Translations under genes and position numbers: made by a program
The notes under the pieces: model-generated
Told to the model about the DNA's origin: nothing
Databases searched by the model: none
What the model saw: only the letters and a program-made list of their open reading frames with translations
Assembly: GCA_014874475.1 (NCBI GenBank)
Contig: JADBJJ010000027.1
Span: 95,793-159,792 of the forward strand
Source: Chloroflexota bacterium
GTDB taxonomy: Bacteria > Chloroflexota > Anaerolineae > B4-G1 > DUEL01
DNA length: 64,000 nt
Direction: 5' to 3'
Part shown: piece after piece, positions 1-7,986 of the stretch
How positions within the stretch are numbered: the stretch's first letter is position 1
Layout: each line of letters starts with the position of its first letter

Positions 1-2
1 TC

Positions 3-941
3 ATTCTTGCCAGTGCTTTCATCGTTTATAAAACCATAACAGAGTGGCATCAACTGCAAAAAGCCCTATGGCGATTAGATTTGCATTGCTTTCTTGTAAG
101 TTTCGGGGTATACTCGGTGAGTGTTATGCTCACTGCGTCTTGCTGGGCACTCATTATGGGGCACTTCAGCGGCGTGCGAACTTTTTGGAAGCATGTGAGC
201 ACATTCTGTCTCACTAATTTGGCTCAAAGGCTCCCCACGCCGTTACCTTACATTTCTGCGCGAACTGAGGCTTATAACGCTCAGGGGATATCTCGGAAGA
301 CTACATTGACTGCAATGGCTATGGAGATCACGGTAACTTTGTTTAGCGCCGCTGTAGTTGCATTAGCGACTCTTGTTCTCGGCGCTCCTCTATATGCAAA
401 AGCGATCAAATACATCTTGTATGTTCTACTTCTATTCCTCTTCTTTCCCGCCATTTTCCCCCAAAAATTCCTTGGCCTTGTGAATCTGGTTGGGGGGCGC
501 TTGAATCGCTGCCCTCTGCCCACTGCGCTGAGCGGAAAACAAGTCTTGGGATGGATAGGGATATTTATTATCATCTGGCTGAATAGCGGTGTACTCTATT
601 ACTACTTGATATCCAGTATCTCTTGGGTCCCAGAAGGCCTTTTGCCATTTCTTGTTAATATCTCTGCAGTGTCCGGCATCGCAGGATGGCTTGGGCAGGC
701 TCTCTTCTTTGTACCCACTCCGGCAGTTCGTCAACTGACAATGGTTTATCTTTTAAGCCTTCGCTTTCCGATGCCCTGGGCTGTTGCCCTTGCTCTGTTT
801 TTCCGCATATCTGTTATGGTGTTTGAACTTGTTTGGGCAGGTCTCTGTCTCTTGATATCTGTTGTAATTGAACGTTTCAGCGAACATTCCACGGTTATCA
901 AAGCCAATCAAGAGGATGGTCATGAAGATCATCATAAATAA
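3..941 (+). CDS. Integral membrane protein, 5'-partial (open from the window edge). Multi-TM, resembles the UPF0104 / lysyl-phosphatidylglycerol-synthase TM-domain (flippase-like) family.
   Basis: The frame is open from nt 3 with no upstream stop, so the gene continues beyond the window. The product is hydrophobic with about 8 predicted TM helices. It lies in a lower-GC block. Confidence 0.4.
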   Translation: MLASAFIVYKTITEWHQLQKALWRLDLHCFLVSFGVYSVSVMLTASCWALIMGHFSGVRTFWKHVSTFCLTNLAQRLPTPLPYISARTEAYNAQGISRKTTLTAMAMEITVTLFSAAVVALATLVLGAPLYAKAIKYILYVLLLFLFFPAIFPQKFLGLVNLVGGRLNRCPLPTALSGKQVLGWIGIFIIIWLNSGVLYYYLISSISWVPEGLLPFLVNISAVSGIAGWLGQALFFVPTPAVRQLTMVYLLSLRFPMPWAVALALFFRISVMVFELVWAGLCLLISVVIERFSEHSTVIKANQEDGHEDHHK

Positions 942-1416
942 AACTCTTTCGTGGTGGGTTGTACTAACTACAATGGCATTGCTGATCAGTTGCACCAGCA
1001 AAGTGCAGTCCACACTTTCTCCTCTCTCTCCTCTTGTTCCAGTCAGTACTGAGGGGTCTTGCCCCAGTATTCCCCCTGTAACCGATACACCCGACCCGTC
1101 GGTTTCTCCCCTTATTATTTCTGAAGTAACGCACACCCGGGAGGGAATAGAGGTTATTGTTATAACGAACATCAGTAGTTCTGAACAGAATTTGGAAGGA
1201 ATGGCACTTCTGAATCCGATTACGATGGAACACGTCGTTTTGCCAAACGTCACGATATCGCCCGGGGGCTCGTTTAAGGTTTATAACGGCCTGGAGGCTG
1301 GGAAAACCAATGAAGGAATAAAATGGCTTGATGAGCCTGTTCTGCGCCAACCGGGAGACTACATTGTTTTGCTCAATCCGGCCGGTCGTGCAATTTGGTA
1401 TTACGTTAATCCATAA
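916..1416 (+). CDS. Lipoprotein with a lamin-tail domain (LTD).
   Basis: ATG at 916 is preceded by AAGAGGA. The N-terminus carries a signal peptide with a lipobox (LLISC). The motifs IISEV, EWxxL-like and 'GDYIVLLNPAG' are typical of the LTD fold. Confidence 0.55.
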   Translation: MVMKIIINKTLSWWVVLTTMALLISCTSKVQSTLSPLSPLVPVSTEGSCPSIPPVTDTPDPSVSPLIISEVTHTREGIEVIVITNISSSEQNLEGMALLNPITMEHVVLPNVTISPGGSFKVYNGLEAGKTNEGIKWLDEPVLRQPGDYIVLLNPAGRAIWYYVNP

Positions 1417-1506
1417 TTACCCGTAAGTGGTATGGACTTTGCCCTTGAACTGTGATAAATTATATAACAACTAAAACCTTATCTGTGTTTGCATAAGGAG
1501 GTAAAA

Positions 1507-2919
1507 ATGAAAAAGAGAAGCCGTTTCCTTACGTTGGGTTTCCTGTCATTGGTTGCTGCAATGCTGGTTGTTTCTGGAGGAGTGCGCGCCAATGCACAGG
1601 GATTTGGAGTTGTATGGGACTCCAGTATTCAGGTGCTGAACCTTAGCGATGCCGAGCCCGCCAACATTGCGATTACGTATTATCGCCAGGATGGGACAGT
1701 CGCGGCATCGCCCACTGATACCGTTCAGCCTGGGCAGTCCAATACTTACTTCCCTATCCATGCACCAGATGGTTTTAACGGTTCAGTGGTGATTTCCTCC
1801 GATAAGCCAGTGGTTGTGGTATCCAACCTGGTCGTTAATACTACCCAGAAAGGGTTGGGAAGTTATGTGGGTTTTCAGCAAGGGGCTCCTACGATTTATT
1901 TCCCCCTTGTGATGAAAGGCAATGCGTACAATACAACGACCTTTAATGTACAAAACACAGGGAGTACGGAAGCAAATATTACGATCCAATTTACACCGGA
2001 AGCAGGCAGTACTTACCCCGCTGTGCCTAATATTACGGACACCATTCAGCCTGGGGCGGCAAAAACCTATGATCTGAGCACATTAAGTCAGTTTAGCGGC
2101 ATCACCAAGTGGGTTGGCTCTGCCACTGTGTCCGTGAACGATACCGCCAATGATTCTATCGCTGGTGTGGCTACCACAGTTAACCAGAGATACCCTGCCG
2201 CATATCAGCTTTACACGTACAATGCTTTCTCCCAAGGTTCCACGACAGTTGTATTGCCGCTCATTCAAGAGAACAACAATGGCAACCGCACCAGTGTGAA
2301 CTGCCAGAACATTAGTTCATCTACTTCAACCACCGTCACGGTCACATATATTCCCGAGTCCGGATATGGGGCTAAACCTGCTGAAACCAAGACCAACGTG
2401 CCTCCCAATGGTGTGGCGGTATTCCTGCAGGATTATCAGGGCACGACCAAGTGGGTAGGCAGTGCAAGGGTCACTTCAGATCCCGCGGTGCCGATGGTTT
2501 GTGTGGTGAATCAGCAGAGACCTGCCTATGGTACTGGTTCGGCGTATGAAGGCTTTGACCCCAATTCCGCTACGGACACCGTTGTCTTGCCGCTGATCCA
2601 GAGCCGCAATGGTAGTGCAACTACAGGATGGGTTTATACTTCAATTAACTTGGCTACCGCAGATGGCAACCCCCATACGATTACGTGTGACTTCAAGCCA
2701 GCCCCTGGTTTCACAGACCCGCCTACTGTCACCAAGACTGGCGCTTCTGTGGTGTTCCTACAAAACGACGTGTATGGTAACGGGAGCAAGTTCATTGGAG
2801 GTGCTATATGCAGTACGTCTGATGGGGCCGGTCTGTTTGCTATTGTGAATCAAAGTCGGCAAAGCACTCCCGTCTTCCCGCGTGACACGCTTGCAACTTA
2901 TAACGGGTTCAACCAATAG
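1507..2919 (+). CDS. Secreted protein with four ~105-aa tandem beta-rich repeats; function unknown.
   Basis: AAGGAGG lies 6 nt before ATG 1507. There is an N-terminal signal peptide (MKKRSRFLTLGFLSLVAAMLVVSGG). Repeated blocks recur (…TKWVGSA.V…VNQ…). Composition is rich in T, N, S, G and V. Confidence 0.6.
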   Translation: MKKRSRFLTLGFLSLVAAMLVVSGGVRANAQGFGVVWDSSIQVLNLSDAEPANIAITYYRQDGTVAASPTDTVQPGQSNTYFPIHAPDGFNGSVVISSDKPVVVVSNLVVNTTQKGLGSYVGFQQGAPTIYFPLVMKGNAYNTTTFNVQNTGSTEANITIQFTPEAGSTYPAVPNITDTIQPGAAKTYDLSTLSQFSGITKWVGSATVSVNDTANDSIAGVATTVNQRYPAAYQLYTYNAFSQGSTTVVLPLIQENNNGNRTSVNCQNISSSTSTTVTVTYIPESGYGAKPAETKTNVPPNGVAVFLQDYQGTTKWVGSARVTSDPAVPMVCVVNQQRPAYGTGSAYEGFDPNSATDTVVLPLIQSRNGSATTGWVYTSINLATADGNPHTITCDFKPAPGFTDPPTVTKTGASVVFLQNDVYGNGSKFIGGAICSTSDGAGLFAIVNQSRQSTPVFPRDTLATYNGFNQ

Positions 2920-2943
2920 CATTTGAGCCCTCGCAGATATCTC

Positions 2944-2990
2944 TGATGGGCTCCCCCTCTTCGGTGGGGGAGCTCATTTTATCCGAGTCG
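2944..2990 (+). terminator. Rho-independent terminator after the repeat-protein gene.
   Basis: A GC stem (gggctcccccTCTTCGGTgggggagctc) is followed by a T-rich run (attttat). Confidence 0.55.
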
Positions 2991-3377
2991 CAACTGATAT
3001 TACTGATATTAAGGACAACTGCCGCCACTTCAACCCCCGAGCTTCTTTTTGCCATTGTTTTGCGCCATCGTCAGCTTGATGCGCCGTGGTGTCTCCAGTT
3101 CCTTACAATGGTGGCACAAAGGGCAAGTCGTCCTCTTGGCCGCATGTTACGATGAGCGGGGGTTCCTCGTTGGGGTCGTGCCAGGGTGGTCAGCGAGAAG
3201 CCACACTGCGTGAGTGGCCCAGTTCGGCAGAGGTGCTTGAGCAATATGGCGCGACAGTAGCGAGACTGACCTGTTCGGTCGCTGGATAACGCCGCGCTGC
3301 GCGCCGTCGGCTTCGCCCGCTGCGACGCTGGGAGGAAACGCTGGCGGTGCATGTTGAGGAAAGGTCGGTGCCCATTG

Positions 3378-3700
3378 CTACGACCCGACCGTGATCAAAT
3401 CCTTGATCCCTGCAAACGTCGTCGGGCCGATGCTGGGCACGTCCGGAATCTCATCAATGGCTCCGAATGGCCCGTTGGCCTCGCGGTACGCTACGATGCG
3501 CTGTGCCGTTATCGGCCCGATGCGCGGGGGTGTCTCCAACTCCGCTGCGGTGATAGTATTGATGTTGACCTTGACTCCTGTTGTCTCCCTAAGTATTAAC
3601 TCCGCCGCTTGCCCCCAGTGATGGCGGACTGGCTTTCTCCCGACGCGGCCTGTAGACCTGCTGCGGATCCCGCACCTCCCGTGCTTTCACTTTCGTGCTT
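3378..3700 (-). pseudogene. comEA: ComEA-family helix-hairpin-helix DNA-binding protein, C-terminal fragment only, 5'-truncated by IS insertion.
   Basis: The minus-strand translation reads …GVKVNINTITAAELETPPRIGPITAQRIVAYREANGPFGAIDEIPDVPSIGPTTFAGIKDLITVGS*, a classic ComEA HhH domain. The reading frame runs straight into the IS end at 3701, and there is no Met in the remaining frame. Confidence 0.6.
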
Positions 3701-4582
3701 GTGATTGTTCCAAAAATTGGCATAGAGTTTGAATTTCAAATATTTCCCCATTTACTGCTCTTTCTTATGCGGCCATCAGTTCCACCAGGGAAATCTTCCC
3801 TCTCCTCAACCCTCCGAATAGGCTGCTTACATTACAACACCGACTCCGCGCTTCTACCCGGCACACCGGGTGCTTCAACCCCAATGCATCGGCCACCTTC
3901 TTGAACCCATCCGCATCATCGGTGACCATCACCTCCGCCTGAACCATCTCGGCGACCTCCCGCAACCACTCCTCCAGCGTCTCTGCCGTCTCGTCTTTCA
4001 GAACCCGGATGCTGATGATGACCCTCTTCTGATCATCCACCGCCACCCCGACCGAATCCATTCCCCCCGGCACTTCACGCTGGTGACATCCCCACCGATG
4101 ACGTTCACCCGCCCTCCTTTCTCCAACCACTGGCGACGCAAGCGCTGGGCTCTCTTCCCTGCCGCCTGTATATTCCGATAAACGGTGGTCTTGCCTAATC
4201 CGATGGGCTTCTTCAGGGTACTCCCCAGCAATGCCAGAAAGAGGGCTACGGCGCCGTAACTGAGTTCCAACAAGTACAGAATCCCACTCACCGCTCGTAG
4301 GGCATCCGAATGATGCGCCCGGGAGACACCCGCTGGGTAGGCCCGAAACGTCCGCCGACAACGGAGACAGCGATAGCGCATCGCCTCCACTTCCTCATAC
4401 TCCAGGTCTCGGAGGGGTTTGGGGCACACTTGGAGCGCCTTGAAAAAGCCCCCACCGCAAAAAGGACAACGGGTCGGGGGAGCGGGGCTGGTGTTCACGA
4501 CCGGAATCCGTAGATTGTAAGTCCTCAATGTTCTCACCTCCCACAGAATCTCCCCCTATTTTACCATACCCGGAACAATCAC
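3701..4582 (-). mobile_element. IS1-family insertion sequence (~882 bp) with imperfect terminal inverted repeats (GTGATTGTTCC at both ends).
   Basis: The ends are 3701 gtgattgttccaa and 4572-4582 ggaacaatcac (reverse complement). The internal InsA-like (Zn-finger plus HTH) and InsB-like (DDE) coding regions are present. A related end fragment occurs at 45385-45559. Confidence 0.65.
3765..4537 (-). pseudogene. IS1-family transposase (InsAB'-like) split into two overlapping frames by a frameshift at a G6 run.
   Basis: ORF 3998-4537 carries CPFC…CLRC zinc-finger and HTH motifs plus '…NVIGG'. ORF 3765-4361 continues 'MDSVGVAVDDQ…VTDDADGF', which parallels IS1 InsB 'EMDEQWGYVG…MTDGWPLY'. The frame change maps to the C6/G6 homopolymer at 4063-4068. 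Confidence 0.6.
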
Positions 4583-4666
4583 AAAGAACGCGAGGGCTTG
4601 CCCTGCAGGGGTTTTTATGCTAAAATTAAATCGGTTCGTCCCCCTGCGCTGGCCCCGGAGGAGAGA

Positions 4667-6364
4667 ATGGCGGGTAAAAAAACCCTTCCTGGCCAGTTCC
4701 GCCAGAAAATCCAGTGGTGGTACTGGCGCCATGCCGATGAATGGCCCATTTCGGCTCTCAAGCGATATATCAAAGCTCTCTTTATCCTGTTGTTATGGAC
4801 TCTGACAGCCATTGGGCTCTTCCGCCTCCTGATGTTCCTGCTTCCTGATACTCTCCGCATCCCACTGACAGGCAGAGAGACGGGCGAAGCCTCTAAAGAA
4901 TCCGTTGCCCTCCTGGGCTCCCTCCTTGCTGCCCTGATCGGTTTCGCCCTTCAGCAGTGGAAGGGTCAGGAAGAGGAAGAACGGCGACATCAGGAGGAGG
5001 AAAACAGCGCCATATCCCTGATTGAGGAGAGGCTTTGTGACTCTCGCGGAGATTTATCAGAGATTGCACGCCACTATCTGGACTTCCGAAAGAAAGGAGG
5101 TGTTTGGCAGAGTAACAGAGTCCGGGCGAGGAGAGAAGAGATTTGGGAAAAGTTAGCACCTCCAGAACTCCGATGCGCCATAGCTGTGATGGAAAACCTG
5201 CCGGAAATAAAGGATTTTGATTGGTCGGAACAAGTGGATGCTCTCCACTGGGCCTCTAATTATCTGGATGAAGATTGGCAATCCCGGGCGGTTAACGCCC
5301 TGCTTGATCTGCAGTGGACGGAGAAAGCATGGCGTACGATTCTGTATATGTGGCCTGAGGTATCTCTGGGCAAAGCCCTCTTCATCCCGGACCAACGGAC
5401 CGTTCAGGGCCTTCATTTTTTGAAGTTGAAGGTCAACCCGTTCGGTTCGGAAAGGGCGGAAGCAGATGCCGATCTGCTGAAGGCCCGGGTTATCCCTTCG
5501 TGGTGGGAAAAATTGGCATCCCTCTCTGATGGGCTTTTCTTCACTGCGCCTGGAGGCGGCAGGACTGCCGCTGCGCTTCTCCTGGCCTACGACGTTCTGG
5601 ATAAGAGAACTGCATTTCCCGTCTACTGCCGGATAACGACAGCCCAGTTAGGCCTGGCTGACCTGGCTCGGTGGACAGCACAGGCGATAGCCCGATACAT
5701 CGCGCTTTCCCCTCTCGCTTTCACAAAATGCTCCTACGACGCCAGGCGGGCGATCAAACGGCTCCTTTTCGGCTATATGCCGGCAAACCCCCTGTTGTAT
5801 CTTCAGGAGGCAGGGCTGCCGCTCATAGGAGAGGGCGGAAAGGTGCTGGAGGAGTTCAGGACCCCTCTCGCCGATTCATCCAGGCCAGCCTTCTCTCAGA
5901 CCGATCCTCTCGCCTTGTTGGGCGAAGCCCGCCCAGCGGATTTCCCCCGCACTCTGATTCTGGCAGATGTCCAGGGAGTCGTAGATACCGAAAATGTTGT
6001 CCTCTCTTTTTATGGCTTACACAAAGCACTGGAGCAGGTCGGGGTTACCCTTCAGGTCTTTCTGGCTGCGTCCCCTGCTACAAACCTGCAGAGATACGGA
6101 GAGTTGCTGGAATGGTCGGAGGAAGACCTCCGGGCTTTGCTTCGGAACCGGCTGATCTTCCTTTCCCCCGATGACTCTCTGGATGCCTGGTGCGACATGC
6201 GGGTATGGGAAGAGGATTCAGTGGAGGAGCGGCTTATAAAAGCAGCGGAACGCAACCCGCGCAGGTTGATTCAAAAAGGCAACGCTCTACTTCAGCGCAT
6301 TGGCGAGACAAGGCGCCGGCTGAGACCCGAAGATGTGGATGAAGTGCTGGGCCAGAATCTCTGA
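4667..6364 (+). CDS. Membrane-anchored protein (N-terminal TM helix) with a degenerate P-loop. It is a paralog of the next two NTPases.
   Basis: GGAGGAGA lies before ATG 4667. There is a TM segment (ALFILLLWTLTAIGLFRLLMFLL). The motif 'TAPGGGRTAAAL' corresponds to APAGGGKTAL in the paralog, with K->R in Walker A. 'TLILADVQG' is Walker-B-like. The stop overlaps the next start (TGATG). Confidence 0.55.
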   Translation: MAGKKTLPGQFRQKIQWWYWRHADEWPISALKRYIKALFILLLWTLTAIGLFRLLMFLLPDTLRIPLTGRETGEASKESVALLGSLLAALIGFALQQWKGQEEEERRHQEEENSAISLIEERLCDSRGDLSEIARHYLDFRKKGGVWQSNRVRARREEIWEKLAPPELRCAIAVMENLPEIKDFDWSEQVDALHWASNYLDEDWQSRAVNALLDLQWTEKAWRTILYMWPEVSLGKALFIPDQRTVQGLHFLKLKVNPFGSERAEADADLLKARVIPSWWEKLASLSDGLFFTAPGGGRTAAALLLAYDVLDKRTAFPVYCRITTAQLGLADLARWTAQAIARYIALSPLAFTKCSYDARRAIKRLLFGYMPANPLLYLQEAGLPLIGEGGKVLEEFRTPLADSSRPAFSQTDPLALLGEARPADFPRTLILADVQGVVDTENVVLSFYGLHKALEQVGVTLQVFLAASPATNLQRYGELLEWSEEDLRALLRNRLIFLSPDDSLDAWCDMRVWEEDSVEERLIKAAERNPRRLIQKGNALLQRIGETRRRLRPEDVDEVLGQNL

Positions 6365-7791
6365 TGAGCACAGAACTGCTTGAGTCCGAATCTCCCCCAA
6401 AGCGGTCTGCCGGTTCAGGGGCCAACCCTCCTGGCCCAGTGGCCTTTCGGTTCCTTCGGGCCGAGGAGGAGCCCTGGCTTTCGGCCTGTTTTGTACCTCC
6501 ACCGGAATTCAGCCGCATGGCCGAGTCTCGCTCCTGCGTCATTTTTGGCGAGCCGGGGAGCGGCAAAACGGCCATTTGTCGGGAATTACAGGCGCGCAAT
6601 ACTCGCCCGGATGGTAGGCCCGTGCGCCTGATGACCCCCTGGAGACCTTCTCCGCCCCCGCTGGAGGTCCGCCCCGACCTGGCATGGGTCAGACGACTGG
6701 TGGAAGGGCTACTGGACGCCTGCGCTGCGGCGCTGGTCCAATACCTCTGCCGGTTTCCAGAGGATTACACCCGTGCTCCTACCTGGGCCCAGGACCGCCT
6801 GATCTGGTTCATCCACCGATACACCCTCGGTCAGCCGGAAGTCCGATGGGGGCCGTGGGCAGAAGGCTCCTATCCCGGCGCCCCTCTGATCCGGCGGATT
6901 CTGAGCGCGCCCGTCCCCGTCATTCTGTATGATGATGCCTCTCCGGAGATGGTAATGGCGGAATTGCTCAGCGGATTGGGGGGACTGGGTTTAGAGGGTC
7001 TCTGGGTGATAGCCGACGGCCTGGAAGGGTGGGCCAACGTGGCCTCGGAACATCTGACGGAGAGCCTGAAATCATTTCTTTCCACCCTCTCTTTGTTTGG
7101 CCAATACAGCCCGGTGTACAAGTTGTTCTTGCCAGATGAAATGGAGCCAGCCATCAGCCGCGCCGAGGGGCTGAGCCGACGGCGGATAGAGGGGGTCCGG
7201 ATCCGGTGGGATGCTCCTGCCCTGAAAAGTCTGTTGGAACGGCGCCTGGCTTTTGCGTTCGGGCGGGAGACATTCCCCTTAGAGCAACTCTGTAACGCCC
7301 CTGGGCTACCCGGATGGCTGGAGAAAGTGGGGGGAACATCGCCCAGAGAATGGCTGGACCAGGTGGCATTGCTGGCAGAGTATTACGCGATGCAACCTCA
7401 AAGTGCGCCTATTGACGAGGAAACGTGGAAAACACTGCGGCGGGAACACCCTCTGCGCGTTTACTTGGACGAGGAGAAGCGACAGGTAAGGATTGGAGGC
7501 CGTCTGATAAATCTGGAGGACTTACCAGCAAAAACCTATGAAATGCTCCGCTACCTGTATCGCCACAGTGGCCGGGTGGTCACTAAAGCCGAATTGTACT
7601 TCCGGGCGTATCTCGGCAAGGACCGGGTTCCTCGCCAGGGGGATAATGATTACGAGTGGCCTACCCGATATGCAGGCCTGATAGACACAAACCTCTGGCG
7701 TCTGCGACAAGCGATAGAGCCGGACCCCGACGATCCGGTCCTCCTGATCACTCGCCGGGGGCATGGCGTCATTCTTCAAGTTCGGTGGTGA
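6364..7791 (+). CDS. P-loop NTPase fused to a C-terminal OmpR/PhoB-type winged-helix DNA-binding domain.
   Basis: Walker A is GEPGSGKT and Walker B is LWVIADGLEG. The C-terminus ('TYEMLRYLYRHSGRVVTKAELYFRAYLG…NLWRLRQAIEPD…LLITRRGHGVILQV') matches the trans_reg_C fold. It is translationally coupled to the upstream gene. Confidence 0.6.
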   Translation: MSTELLESESPPKRSAGSGANPPGPVAFRFLRAEEEPWLSACFVPPPEFSRMAESRSCVIFGEPGSGKTAICRELQARNTRPDGRPVRLMTPWRPSPPPLEVRPDLAWVRRLVEGLLDACAAALVQYLCRFPEDYTRAPTWAQDRLIWFIHRYTLGQPEVRWGPWAEGSYPGAPLIRRILSAPVPVILYDDASPEMVMAELLSGLGGLGLEGLWVIADGLEGWANVASEHLTESLKSFLSTLSLFGQYSPVYKLFLPDEMEPAISRAEGLSRRRIEGVRIRWDAPALKSLLERRLAFAFGRETFPLEQLCNAPGLPGWLEKVGGTSPREWLDQVALLAEYYAMQPQSAPIDEETWKTLRREHPLRVYLDEEKRQVRIGGRLINLEDLPAKTYEMLRYLYRHSGRVVTKAELYFRAYLGKDRVPRQGDNDYEWPTRYAGLIDTNLWRLRQAIEPDPDDPVLLITRRGHGVILQVRW

Positions 7792-7896
7792 GAAATGGGT
7801 AAGGTAACTGCAAGCCATCTTAGAGAGATTTGCAATCTCAGCAAGCCATAGTTGTGCCATAATATATCTACACTCTCATAAGGAAGGGGTGAGAAT

Positions 7897-7986
7897 ATGC
7901 CATTTTTCCTATCCGGCGCCTTCCTACCTGGCCCGGCGCAAACCGTGTGCCCACTTCTTCACCCTCCCGCTTCCCTCTTCCCGTAA
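7897..7986 (+). CDS. Small ORF (29 aa, MPFFLSGAFLPGPAQTVCPLLHPPASLFP) with a strong SD, translationally coupled to the following NTPase gene.
   Basis: AAGGAAGGGG sits 7 nt upstream of ATG 7897. Stop TAA (7984-7986) overlaps ATG 7986 of the downstream gene as TAATG. The downstream gene has no SD of its own. Confidence 0.35.
   Translation: MPFFLSGAFLPGPAQTVCPLLHPPASLFP

Noticed and set aside
2990-3378. A non-coding RNA gene (SRP, RNase P, 6S, tmRNA) in the gene-free stretch between the repeat-protein terminator and the comEA fragment.
   Set aside because: No conserved ncRNA motifs were recognisable by eye. It is more plausibly degraded DNA adjacent to the IS-disrupted comEA locus.
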